This document shows, piece by piece, positions 9,931 through 19,602 of a DNA stretch of 64,000 nt. This stretch comes from Spirochaetia bacterium. Lineage in GTDB: Bacteria > Spirochaetota > Spirochaetia > UBA9216. The first letter of the stretch is position 1; each line of letters begins with the position of its first letter. The position numbers were made by a program, and so were the translations under genes. The notes under the pieces were generated by a model. That model saw nothing but the letters and a program-made list of their open reading frames with translations, was not told the origin of the DNA and did no database searches. The stretch lies in contig CAXXYH010000004.1 of the NCBI GenBank assembly GCA_963677925.2, positions 1,856,001 to 1,920,000 of the forward strand. The letters run 5' to 3'.

Positions 9931-11436
9931 ATGAAAGATTTATCCGGAATTTCAAACAGCCTTAAAAGCAACTTTATCGAATCAGATCAGATTTTTAATA
10001 TCATCATGATGTTTCAGGAAGAATATCTTAAATCAAGTTCTTCCATTCAGAAGCTTATTGATTCAGCCAACAGCAACCTTAAGAGTGTAAATGAAAATGC
10101 CGGTGATGTTGTTAAACTTGTTAACCGATCTTCCGGATCTATTCAGCGTAATATAGAAACATCCCAAAGCAATATCTCTGCAATGAATTCTGCCGCGGAT
10201 TCTGTGGGAAAGCTGGATTCCGGATATAAACGGCTTGTCGAAATGTTTGAATCTCTTGATCAGTCAATCAAGACTATTGCCGACAGAATAGATGTAATTG
10301 AAGATATTTCGGAGCTTACTAATCTGCTTGCACTTAACGCAGCTATTGAAGCAGCCAGAGCCGGAGCGCAGGGGAAGGGGTTTCAGGTTGTTGCCAAGGA
10401 AATTCGTAAACTTGCCGACCGCAGCCGTGTTAATACCGATGAAATTATTAATGTGATCAAAGAAGTTAACGGCAGAATTAATGATGCTGAAGACTTTATG
10501 CGTGAATACGGAGCTAATCAGCAGCAGGTTCTTGAAAATATTAGTTCCACCAACTCAAGACTCTCAGAATCTGCTACTGAACTGGAAAGTATAGACAGGG
10601 AAATAGGTTCAATTAACAGGCTGGTTGAAGAGCAGGCTATTAGTACCTCGTCACTGCTGGAATCTCTGGATAATATTCATCAGACCGGTGTCTTTACTGA
10701 AAAGAACACGCCCTTTATCAGCGAGGTAGTTAAAGTCTACCAGGAAGCCGGTAAATCAATTTCAGATCTATTAAGCGAGCTTGGTGATGTAAATAATACT
10801 GCCGATACAGATGCTTTGGAGAATAAAAATCTAATTAAAATTGGACACGACATAGCCTATCCGCCATGGACACATATTTCAGGAGGTAAGGCTTCAGGCA
10901 TCAGTGTTTCTCACCTTGAAAGTATTCTTCAGAAAGGAAGTTACCAGTCATATTTTTACGGAGGACAGTGGGGGGAACTATATCCTATGCTTCTGAACGG
11001 TAGACTTGATATGCTTCTAAATGTCGGTTGGCCAAGTTCTTTTTTTGACAGTGAACCGGTCATAGCCTCTGTCCCCTATGATAAGTTCAATGTAAGGTTT
11101 TTCAACATGGAAGGCGGCAATCACTCTGCTGATTATTTTAAAGGCAAGCGAGTCGGGGTGCAGAAGGGATCCTTTACCGGCGGTATTGTTGAAAAAATTG
11201 GTGCGGAACCCATTGAGTTTGACAATGATATTCAGGGTATAGTTCATTTAATCTGGAATAATATTGATGCAGTAGCCACTGAAGAGCGTGTTGCTGAATA
11301 TATCTCTTCCAATTTATTTATGAAAGCTGTTAAACCTGCGTCTGAGGTTGTAGGTTCTCTTGATGTCGTCTATATGTTCAGAAAGGAATCTTCTACGCTT
11401 CTATCTGAGATAAATGATTTAATCAGAAACGGATAA
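9931..11436 (+). CDS. Soluble methyl-accepting chemotaxis protein with C-terminal SBP family 3 domain
   Basis: [34 protein letters not shown], then [19 protein letters not shown]; no transmembrane segment. Confidence 0.88.
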   Translation: MKDLSGISNSLKSNFIESDQIFNIIMMFQEEYLKSSSSIQKLIDSANSNLKSVNENAGDVVKLVNRSSGSIQRNIETSQSNISAMNSAADSVGKLDSGYKRLVEMFESLDQSIKTIADRIDVIEDISELTNLLALNAAIEAARAGAQGKGFQVVAKEIRKLADRSRVNTDEIINVIKEVNGRINDAEDFMREYGANQQQVLENISSTNSRLSESATELESIDREIGSINRLVEEQAISTSSLLESLDNIHQTGVFTEKNTPFISEVVKVYQEAGKSISDLLSELGDVNNTADTDALENKNLIKIGHDIAYPPWTHISGGKASGISVSHLESILQKGSYQSYFYGGQWGELYPMLLNGRLDMLLNVGWPSSFFDSEPVIASVPYDKFNVRFFNMEGGNHSADYFKGKRVGVQKGSFTGGIVEKIGAEPIEFDNDIQGIVHLIWNNIDAVATEERVAEYISSNLFMKAVKPASEVVGSLDVVYMFRKESSTLLSEINDLIRNG

Positions 11437-11450
11437 CTAAATTAAATTAA

Positions 11451-11488
11451 TAAAAAAAACGCTGCAGATAAATGCAGCGTTTTTTTAT
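11451..11488. terminator. Bidirectional terminator between convergent genes
   Basis: A8-CGCTGCA-gataaa-TGCAGCG-T7. Confidence 0.9.
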
Positions 11489-11502
11489 AAGATTGCTTAG
11501 AA

Positions 11503-13203
11503 TCAGCCTATAGTTGCAACCAGACTGTTACCAGCTACGGCAGCTCCGATAGCGACATCAATTGATTTAACAGTACCTGTCACATTGGAAGGTATTTCAA
11601 CTTCAACGTTTTCTGTCTTATAAACCATTATCGGTTCACCATATGCAACAGAGTCGCCTGCTTTTTTATAAATTCTAGAAATCGTACCGGGAATCCTGGC
11701 TACTATGCTGCTTCCGCCCGCTGCAGCTTTTGGGGCGGCTTTTGGGGCGGCTTTTGCAGATGCAGGTTTTGCCGGGCCAGCCGGTTGTACTGCCTCCTGA
11801 TGGGCGTTTTTTCTTACCATTGTAGCTGCTTCACCTTTAAGGAAGGTTATACCCTTTTCTTTACATGCAGCAGCGATGAAAATGTTCTCATCATTCACAG
11901 GTAAACCGGCATCTTTAAGCATTTTTGTAGCTGCATTGATTCCTTTTGAAGTATCTTCATCGTTTATATCAACGACCTTTCTGTCTGTCGGTTCAAGTCC
12001 AAGTTTTTCCTGGCAGAGCTTTTTAATTTCCGGATCGGGTTCTACGGGGGTTTTTCCGAAGTAGCCGAGTACCATTTTCCCGTATCCGTCAGCCACTTTT
12101 TTCCATGGGCCGAACATTACATTGCTGAAAGCCTGCTGAAAGTAAAACTGGGATACCGGTGTGACTGATGTTCCGAAACCGCCTTTTTCAACAACTTCCT
12201 TCATGGCAAGAATAACTTCACCGAATTTATCAAGGCAGTTGTTGTCTCTCATCATCTGTGTATTGGCAGTCAGTGCTCCGCCGGGCATAGGAGAAAACGG
12301 AATTATCGGTTCAACTTTTTCTGACTCAGGCGGCTTGAAATAGTCTTTCATGCAGTCTTTGAATACATCTTCAGCTTTTATGACCTTGTTAATGTCTACT
12401 CCAAGATCAAAGTCGGTGCCGCGAAGAGCATGCCACATTGTAATAACATCAGGCTGGCAGGTCCCGCCGCTTACCGGTGACAGAGACAGGTCAATCTGGT
12501 CTGCGCCAGCCTCAAGTGCTGCCTTATAACCTGTAACACTGATTCCGGCTGTTTCGTGTGAATGAAATACTATGTTTGTATCAGGACCCAGAAGTGTTCT
12601 TGCTTTTTTGATTGTATCGTATACTTTGCTTGGAACAGCTGTTCCTGATGCATCCTTGAAACATACAGAATCGTAAGGAATTCCGGCATCCAGAATACCT
12701 TTTAAAGTGTTAATGTAAAAATCTGAAGTGTGGGCTCCGGTGGCTCCCGGAGGAAGTTCCATAAGCGTGACACATACCTCATGTTTAAGACCCGCATCAT
12801 GGATAGCCTTTCCGCTGTCAATGAGGTTATTTACATCATTGAGTGCATCAAAGTTTCTGATAGTAGTAATACCGTGCTTTTTAAACAGCTGAGCGTGCAG
12901 TTTTATGATGTCCCTCGGCTGAGAATCAAGACCTACTACATTGACGCCCCTCGCAAGAGTCTGGAGGTTTGCATCAGGACCTGCAGCAGCTCTGAACGCA
13001 TCCATCATATCAAAGGCATCTTCATTGCAGTAAAAGTACAAAGACTGAAACCTTGCTCCTCCGCCGGCTTCGAAATGATCCATTCCGGCATCAACGCAGG
13101 CTTCTACCGCCGGTAGAAAATCCTTTGTGAAAACTCTGGCACCGTAAGCAGACTGGAATCCGTCACGAAAAGCGGTAACCATGAATTTTACTCTCTTTTT
13201 CAT
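11503..13203 (-). CDS. Pyruvate/oxaloacetate carboxyltransferase (OadA/PycB-like) with a degenerate biotin-carrier domain
   Basis: AFRDGFQS, EAGGGARF, RNFDALND, CFKDASG, HSHET, PMPGG, SVTPVSQ; Ala/Pro/Lys linker; C-terminal barrel-sandwich domain without AMKM. Confidence 0.9.
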   Translation of the reverse strand: MKKRVKFMVTAFRDGFQSAYGARVFTKDFLPAVEACVDAGMDHFEAGGGARFQSLYFYCNEDAFDMMDAFRAAAGPDANLQTLARGVNVVGLDSQPRDIIKLHAQLFKKHGITTIRNFDALNDVNNLIDSGKAIHDAGLKHEVCVTLMELPPGATGAHTSDFYINTLKGILDAGIPYDSVCFKDASGTAVPSKVYDTIKKARTLLGPDTNIVFHSHETAGISVTGYKAALEAGADQIDLSLSPVSGGTCQPDVITMWHALRGTDFDLGVDINKVIKAEDVFKDCMKDYFKPPESEKVEPIIPFSPMPGGALTANTQMMRDNNCLDKFGEVILAMKEVVEKGGFGTSVTPVSQFYFQQAFSNVMFGPWKKVADGYGKMVLGYFGKTPVEPDPEIKKLCQEKLGLEPTDRKVVDINDEDTSKGINAATKMLKDAGLPVNDENIFIAAACKEKGITFLKGEAATMVRKNAHQEAVQPAGPAKPASAKAAPKAAPKAAAGGSSIVARIPGTISRIYKKAGDSVAYGEPIMVYKTENVEVEIPSNVTGTVKSIDVAIGAAVAGNSLVATIG

Positions 13204-13391
13204 TTTCCCTTCCTTGTTTAATAATCATTGCTGTGCAAAACTTTGCTTATTATATGGGGTATCCGCACTTATGTCCATTTTTAAATGGGTAATACAGTTG
13301 AACTTTTCGGGTCTCCTCTCTGCAGAATTTAATCTGATATATTCGGAAAATTATATGAAATTGTTTCGATTTGCGATATTATTTATAATAT

Positions 13392-13703
13392 ATGACGGAA
13401 GATCACGATACAGGCACCAGTCTGGCAACCGAGTCCGGTATTAAACTGGATTCACCGGATATGTACAAGGTTATTCTTTTAAATGATCACTATACCCCTA
13501 TGGATTTTGTTGTAGACGTACTTAGAAAGATCTTCCATAAAAACCCGGCAGAAGCTACAAAAATAATGCTAGAAGTACATAAAAAGGGTAAGGGGATAGC
13601 CGGGGTTTACATCTATGATATAGCGGCTACAAAGATAGAGCAGGTAAAAGGCATGGCAAAACGTGATGAATACCCGCTGCGCTGTACAATTGAGAGGGCT
13701 TAA
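13392..13703 (+). CDS. clpS: ATP-dependent Clp protease adaptor ClpS
   Basis: YKVILLNDHYTPMDFVVDVL..IMLEVHKKGKG..YPLRC. Confidence 0.97.
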   Translation: MTEDHDTGTSLATESGIKLDSPDMYKVILLNDHYTPMDFVVDVLRKIFHKNPAEATKIMLEVHKKGKGIAGVYIYDIAATKIEQVKGMAKRDEYPLRCTIERA

Positions 13704-15991
13704 TGGAAATCAGTGAAGACGTACAGGGTATGCTAAACGCGGCGTATCTTGATGCCAGAGAACGCAAGCACGAGTATATAACACCTGAACACATACTATA
13801 CGCATCTTTATATTTTGATTTTACACGGAAAATTATCAGCGGCTGCGGTCTTGAGCCGGATGAGCTGCGTCTGATGAACTTGAGGAGCATCTAAAATTCA
13901 ATATTCCTGTAGCTGACGGAAGCGAACCCATACAGACTGTCGGCTTTCAGGATGTAATTGAAAGAGCGGTTATGCACACCGAAGACTCGCAGAAGAAGAT
14001 GCTTGATCTAGGTGATATTCTGGTCTCAATCTTTGATGAGGAGAAATCTTTCGGCTCATACTATATGAAGAAGGCCGGGCTTAACAGGTTTAATCTTCTT
14101 GATACAATCTCTCATGGAATTTATGAAGATGATGAAGACCTTCTGTTTGACACAGCGGAACTTGAACCGGAAAAACACGGGTTCTGAGCCGCTAAAACAC
14201 TCAGACGAAACAGAAAATCAGAAAAAAAATGAAACTGGAAAAAACAAAAAATCTTTTCTTGAAACATATGCAAGGGATCTGAAGACAGGCGATGCAGCCT
14301 CCGGCAAAGTACAGCCTTTAATTGGCCGAGTTCAGCTGCTTGAACGGCTTTCCGAGGTTCTGTGCCGCCGCTACAAGAATAATCCTCTGCTTGTTGGCGA
14401 CCCCGGTACCGGAAAGACTGCTTTGGCTGAAGGGGTTGCACTGCAGGTGGTTTCTGACAGCTGTCCCGAGTTCCTGAAAGACTACAGGGTCTTTTCACTG
14501 GATATGGGAAGCGTTGTTGCCGGAACAAGATTCCGGGGAGATTTTGAAGAAAGGCTTAAGGCGATTATTTCTGAACTTGAAAATATTGAAAAGGTAATTC
14601 TTTTTATAGATGAAATACATACCATTATAGGTGCCGGTGCTGTTTCCGGCGGAACCATGGATGCTGCCAATATTCTGAAGCCTGTACTGGCATCAGGAAG
14701 GATTCGCTGTATCGGTTCCACAACTCATGAAGAGTATAGAAAGTTTTTTGAAAAAGAGCGTGCTCTGTTGAGACGTTTTCAGAAAATTGATGTGCCCGAG
14801 ACCAGTCCTGAAGAAACACTTGATATCCTTCGGGGGCTTCAGCGGGGATTTGAAGAACATCATGGTGTCAGCTATACCGAAGATGCTTTAAGATCTGCTG
14901 TTGAACTTTCTCATCAGTTTATAAATGACCGCTTTCATCCTGATTCTGCAATTGATGTGATAGATGAAGCAGCTGCATATATGAGGGTTCATCACAATTC
15001 TCCGCATAAGGTCACATCTTCTGAAGTTGAGAAGATAGTCTCACGCATTGCCGGTGTCCCTGAGCAGAGTGTAAGTTCAAGTGAGGCCGTAAAACTTAAG
15101 GAACTTGAAAACGAACTTACTGCTAATATTTACGGACAGCAGGAGGCTGTTGCAGCAGTAGCAAAGGCTGTAAAACGGGGCAGGGCCGGATTCGGCAGTC
15201 CTGATAAACCGGTTGCTTCATTTCTTTTTGCAGGACCAACCGGTGTTGGAAAAACAGAAACTGCCAAGTGTCTTGCAGATGCTCTGGCAGTGCCTCTGCA
15301 CCGCTTTGATATGAGTGAATATCAGGAAAAGCATACGGTTGCACGGCTTATAGGTTCACCTCCCGGATATGTTGGGTTTGAAGAAGGCGGACAGCTGACA
15401 GACACAATCAGACGGACTCCCCACTGTGTTCTTCTGCTTGATGAAATGGAGAAAGCCCATCAGGATATTTACAATGTGATGCTTCAGATAATGGATTACG
15501 CGACCCTTACCGACAACAACGGAAAGAAGGCTGATTTCAGGAATGTTATTATAATAATGACATCGAATGCCGGCGCACGCGACCTTGGACGGCCGATGAT
15601 AGGATTCGGGGAACGTGAGATAACCGGAAGCGCAATAAATGATGCCGTTGATCGAATATTCCCTCCGGAGTTCAGAAACAGACTTGATGCTGTTATAGCC
15701 TTCAACAGGCTGCCGCAGGAAGTTATTCTTAAAATTGTTGATAAGGAACTGGGGCTTTTTATCGATCAGCTTGCTTCCCGGAATGTGTTGTTGAAAGTCA
15801 GTGATGCATGCAGGGAACATCTTGCAGAAAAAGGCTATTCGGTTGAATTTGGCGCCAGGAATATCTCAAGACTTATTCAGGATGAAATTAAATCTTTCTT
15901 TGTCGATGAAGTCCTGTTCGGAAGTCTTGTTAACGGTGGAAAAGCCGAGGCTGACTTTAGCAACGGAAAAATATCCATCAATGTTCTATGA
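13703..15991 (+). pseudogene. clpA: ClpA ATPase interrupted by two compensating 1-nt indels (~13870 and ~14175-14185); pseudogene or assembly error
   Basis: Clp-N sequence continues across three track ORFs. Two intact AAA+ modules (GDPGTGKT/FIDEIH; GPTGVGKT/LLDEMEK) and an IGF loop. Confidence 0.85.
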
Positions 15992-16713
15992 GCAGTGCCG
16001 ATAACGATTTTCCCTATCTGACTGAATCAGAATTCCTTGAATTTCCCAAACCTCAGCGTTCTACCAGGGAGGGGATAATTGCTGCAGGCGGCAACCTGTC
16101 TCCGGGGATGCTTCTTTCAGCCTACAGCCAGGGGGCTTTTCCCTGGTATGGAGAAGGTGATGAAATTCTTTGGTGGAATCCTGATCCTCGATTCATTCTT
16201 TACACAGACCGACTGCATATCTCAAGACGTATGAAGCGTACACTTGACTCGGGTAAGTTTATTGTAAAAAGCGATACCTGCTTTGAAAAAGTGATTAACT
16301 CCTGCTCCTCGATAAAACGAAGCCATGAGGATGGCACCTGGATTCACCCTGAGATGATTGAAGCCTATACAGAGCTTCACAGGCTTGGCTGGGCGCATTC
16401 TGTTGAAGTCTTTCTGCCAGAGGCCGGAGAGTGCCCGGAAGAGCCTGTAGGAGGGCTTTACGGTGTTTCAATCGGATCCATGTTTTTCGGCGAATCGATG
16501 TTTGCAAGGGTCTCTGATGCTTCAAAGGCCGGGTTTATAAGCCTCGTTCTGAAACTTCAGGAAGCAGGTTTTAAAGCAATAGACTGCCAGGTTAAAACAC
16601 CTCATCTTGAGTCGCTTGGTGCAGAAGAAATACCCAGAAAAACCTTTCTGAAGCTTCTTGAAAAATCTTTACAGTCGGATTCCCTTAAAGGCTGCTGGAA
16701 TCTTTTTAAATAA
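15988..16713 (+). CDS. aat: Leucyl/phenylalanyl-tRNA--protein transferase
   Basis: GGNLSPGMLLSAYSQGAFPWY, WWNPDPR, AHSVEV, GGLYGV, FFGESMF, DCQVKTPHL. Confidence 0.97.
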   Translation: MSSADNDFPYLTESEFLEFPKPQRSTREGIIAAGGNLSPGMLLSAYSQGAFPWYGEGDEILWWNPDPRFILYTDRLHISRRMKRTLDSGKFIVKSDTCFEKVINSCSSIKRSHEDGTWIHPEMIEAYTELHRLGWAHSVEVFLPEAGECPEEPVGGLYGVSIGSMFFGESMFARVSDASKAGFISLVLKLQEAGFKAIDCQVKTPHLESLGAEEIPRKTFLKLLEKSLQSDSLKGCWNLFK

Positions 16714-16750
16714 ATTCTTTTATAAATTACCAAATATGTTTCGAAATTTG

Positions 16751-16810
16751 TTGACAAACCTCAATGGATGATATACGTTATTAGTGTAATAGAGAGATAG
16801 TACACTAATA
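16751..16810 (+). promoter_or_regulatory. Promoter plus YtrA-type GntR operator palindrome
   Basis: TTGACA-N17-TACGTT, overlapped by TATTAGTGTA-N12-TACACTAATA (16779-16810). Confidence 0.75.
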
Positions 16811-16821
16811 AGGAGTATATA

Positions 16822-17661
16822 ATGATACAAATCAGAGACCTTTCCTTTTCCTATGAAAAGAAAAAGCTGTTTTCCGGTTTGAACCTTGAACTGGAACCCG
16901 GACTCTACGGCCTTCTGGGTAAAAACGGGGCCGGGAAATCCAGTCTGCTCAAACTGATTGCAGGAGAACTTTTCAGACACGGCGGCGAATGCATGGCTGC
17001 CGGATATGATTCCGGAAAGCGGAGTCCGATGATGCTTTCAGAGATTTATTACCTGCCTGAAGAATTCGATCTTCCGGCAATGACCGGTGACAGGTATATA
17101 GAATCATATTCGCCCTTTTACCCGAGATTCAGCAGGGATTTTTTTGATGAATGTGCTGCAGAGTTTGAGGTGTCTGCAGTGCAGAAACTAAGCACTATGT
17201 CATACGGGCAGAAAAAGAAGTTCATGATTGCTTTCGGGCTGGCAACATGGTCAAGCATCCTGCTTCTTGATGAGCCGACTAATGGGCTTGATATTCCTTC
17301 GAAGAGCCAGTTCAGACGGCTTGTAGCCGCAGGGGCATCTGATGAGAGACTAATTCTGGTTTCAACTCATCAGGTACGTGATATGGAAAATCTGATAGAC
17401 CCTATTGTAATAGTTGAAGACGGTAAGATTATCTTCAATCACACCATGGAGGATGTCACATCTTCACTGGACCTTGTATTGACTGATAAGCAGCCGGCAG
17501 AAGGTGAGGCCGTTTATTCAGAAAAAGTACTTGGCGGTTGGCTTTGTGCAGTAAAATCCGGTGAAGGCAGCGGAAGGGAATTTGATCTTGAGTTTCTGTT
17601 TAATATGGTGATCAGCTGCAGTGATTCACTTGAAGCAATTATTGACGGAGGTTCAAAATGA
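16822..17661 (+). CDS. ABC transporter ATP-binding protein (YtrB-like)
   Basis: GKNGAGKS, MSYGQKKK, LLLDEPTNGLD, VSTH. Confidence 0.95.
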   Translation: MIQIRDLSFSYEKKKLFSGLNLELEPGLYGLLGKNGAGKSSLLKLIAGELFRHGGECMAAGYDSGKRSPMMLSEIYYLPEEFDLPAMTGDRYIESYSPFYPRFSRDFFDECAAEFEVSAVQKLSTMSYGQKKKFMIAFGLATWSSILLLDEPTNGLDIPSKSQFRRLVAAGASDERLILVSTHQVRDMENLIDPIVIVEDGKIIFNHTMEDVTSSLDLVLTDKQPAEGEAVYSEKVLGGWLCAVKSGEGSGREFDLEFLFNMVISCSDSLEAIIDGGSK

Positions 17662-18458
17662 CACTCGATAATTATTTAAATCCGGTAAGAATTTACTGGC
17701 TGATAAAAAAGGATATCAGTAAGAACTGGAAGGTTTATCTTATTACAATTGGTGCATTTTTCGGTTTTTATCTTCTGGCAGAAATAATCGGTGCAAAAAC
17801 CGAGACTCTTGATCCCTCAATGCACAGGGGGTTCCTGGCTAACCTGATCTTTGTTGTTGGGATAATTGCTACGGCTTCGGCTTTCAGGGAATCACATAAG
17901 AAACTTAAAAACCATGAGTGGCTGATGCTGCCGGCATCAACTCTTGAAAAGTTTGTTTCAAGGCTGCTTATGCATACAGTTGTGTTTCTGCTGCTGACAC
18001 TGGTTCTTTATTTCCTTTTCAGCCTGCTCTCACTTCTTGTTGTCAGGGTTATTCTGGGTGAGCCTTTTCCAATGTTTAACCCGTTTGATACTTTTATCTG
18101 GAAAGTTATGGGGCATTACATAATTATTCAGTCAGTATTTGTGCTCGGTGCAGCATGGTTTAAGAGCCATAACCTGATAAAAACTGTACTTGCGATTGCT
18201 GTGATTTCAATATCAATATCCATCCTGGGGTCACTTGTAGGCTGGCTGGTTTTTAATGATTATTTCTGGATTCTTATGCGCGGTCATTTTGATTTCAATA
18301 TAACCATGGCTGATGGTTTTGACTCGGCAAGACTTGAATCACTTATCGGAAGTCTTGCACTGTTCTCAAAAATCCTGTACTTCGGACTTCTCGCTCCGGT
18401 TTGCTGGTTCGGCTCATGGCTGAAACTTAGAGAACTGGAGGTTTCAGATGGAGTTTAA
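17658..18458 (+). CDS. ABC-2 type permease
   Basis: ~6 hydrophobic helices, LMLPASTLEKF motif, translationally coupled. Confidence 0.85.
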   Translation: MTLDNYLNPVRIYWLIKKDISKNWKVYLITIGAFFGFYLLAEIIGAKTETLDPSMHRGFLANLIFVVGIIATASAFRESHKKLKNHEWLMLPASTLEKFVSRLLMHTVVFLLLTLVLYFLFSLLSLLVVRVILGEPFPMFNPFDTFIWKVMGHYIIIQSVFVLGAAWFKSHNLIKTVLAIAVISISISILGSLVGWLVFNDYFWILMRGHFDFNITMADGFDSARLESLIGSLALFSKILYFGLLAPVCWFGSWLKLRELEVSDGV

Positions 18459-18822
18459 GGAAAAAAAAGCGATATATGTTCAGATTGCAGATTATATCTG
18501 TGAAAATATTATGAACGGAAGCTGGAAAGAAGAAGACCGTATTCCGTCAGTACGTGAGATGGCTATTGAGATTGAAGTTAATCCAAATACGGTGATGAGG
18601 GCATATTCGTACCTGCAGGATGAAGAAATTATTTTCAATAAACGGGGTATCGGATATTTTGTCGGAGAAAACTCCAGGGAGCTGATTGCAAAAATGAAAA
18701 AGGATGATTTTATAAAGAATGAACTTCCGTATTTTTTCAGAATACTGAAGATGCTGAAGATAGATTTTGATGAATTAAAGGTGATGTTTGAAGATTACAA
18801 ACTTCAGGAGGATGCGGAATGA
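18448..18822 (+). CDS. GntR family regulator, YtrA subfamily
   Basis: AIYVQIAD..RIPSVREMA..VNPNTVMRAY..KRGIGYFV; short C-terminus. Confidence 0.95.
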   Translation: MEFKEKKAIYVQIADYICENIMNGSWKEEDRIPSVREMAIEIEVNPNTVMRAYSYLQDEEIIFNKRGIGYFVGENSRELIAKMKKDDFIKNELPYFFRILKMLKIDFDELKVMFEDYKLQEDAE

Positions 18823-19568
18823 AAAACTCCAATAAGTATATTTTAATTCTTGCAGCTGCGCTGCTTGTTGTAATGCTGATATTTATGATATCGCTGCGGG
18901 GAATAGTAAAAGAATACCTGGTTATTGAAGAGACTGAAAACTCAGGCGGAAAGTTCAGTTTTCACCAGGATACGGATAAGACTGAGAAGGTTTTTGATAT
19001 TGACGGTTTTGACAGTATTAAAATGGAAGGAGCCTGGGATGTTCTTATTATTAAGGATGATGAGTTTTCAGTAAGCGGCTATTTCAGTGAAAAAGATGAA
19101 CAGGAGAGCAGGGTCGAAAAATCCGGTGATGAACTTCTACTGGCTATCAAGCCGCCGTACAACACCAACTCAGGCATTTCCATGACTATCCATATGCCTG
19201 ATCTGAAACTTCTTGATGTAGAAGGAATAGCCAATGCAAACTTTGAAGGCTACGAACTGGATGAGCTGAATGTTGTTGTTGCAGGTGCTGCCAATGTTCA
19301 CGGCGAAGATTCAAGAATTGAAAATCTTAACCTTGTATCTGAAGGTGCGGTGAACGTTGATCTTAAACGCTGTGATATTGTGAATGCTGATGTCACCCTT
19401 GACGGTGCCGGAAATGTTGAAATCAATATGGATGGAGGAACACTTGCCGGACGCATCAGCGGTCTTGGACGACTGGAATATTCCGGTGATGTAAGACGTC
19501 TGGATGTTGAAAAAGACGGACTGGGGTCAATTAAACAGCGCAATAGTGAAGATGATACCTGGGATTAG
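18819..19568 (+). CDS. Membrane-anchored DUF2807 (head GIN) domain protein
   Basis: N-terminal TM; repeated beta-helix-like GAANV/GAVNV/GAGNV/GLGRLEYSG. Confidence 0.8.
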   Translation: MKNSNKYILILAAALLVVMLIFMISLRGIVKEYLVIEETENSGGKFSFHQDTDKTEKVFDIDGFDSIKMEGAWDVLIIKDDEFSVSGYFSEKDEQESRVEKSGDELLLAIKPPYNTNSGISMTIHMPDLKLLDVEGIANANFEGYELDELNVVVAGAANVHGEDSRIENLNLVSEGAVNVDLKRCDIVNADVTLDGAGNVEINMDGGTLAGRISGLGRLEYSGDVRRLDVEKDGLGSIKQRNSEDDTWD

Positions 19569-19574
19569 CAGATA

Positions 19575-19596
19575 GAGCAGGGGATAGCCCCTGCTC
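19575..19596. terminator. Hairpin between convergent genes
   Basis: GAGCAGGGG-atag-CCCCTGCTC. Confidence 0.65.
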
Positions 19597-19602
19597 CTCA
19601 TA

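Noticed and set aside
11726-11755. 12-bp tandem repeat GCTTTTGGGGCG
   Set aside because: It encodes the ordinary AAPKAAPK linker before the carrier domain.
13860-13895. Programmed ribosomal frameshift in clpA
   Set aside because: No slippery heptamer at the first break, and two opposite shifts would be needed.
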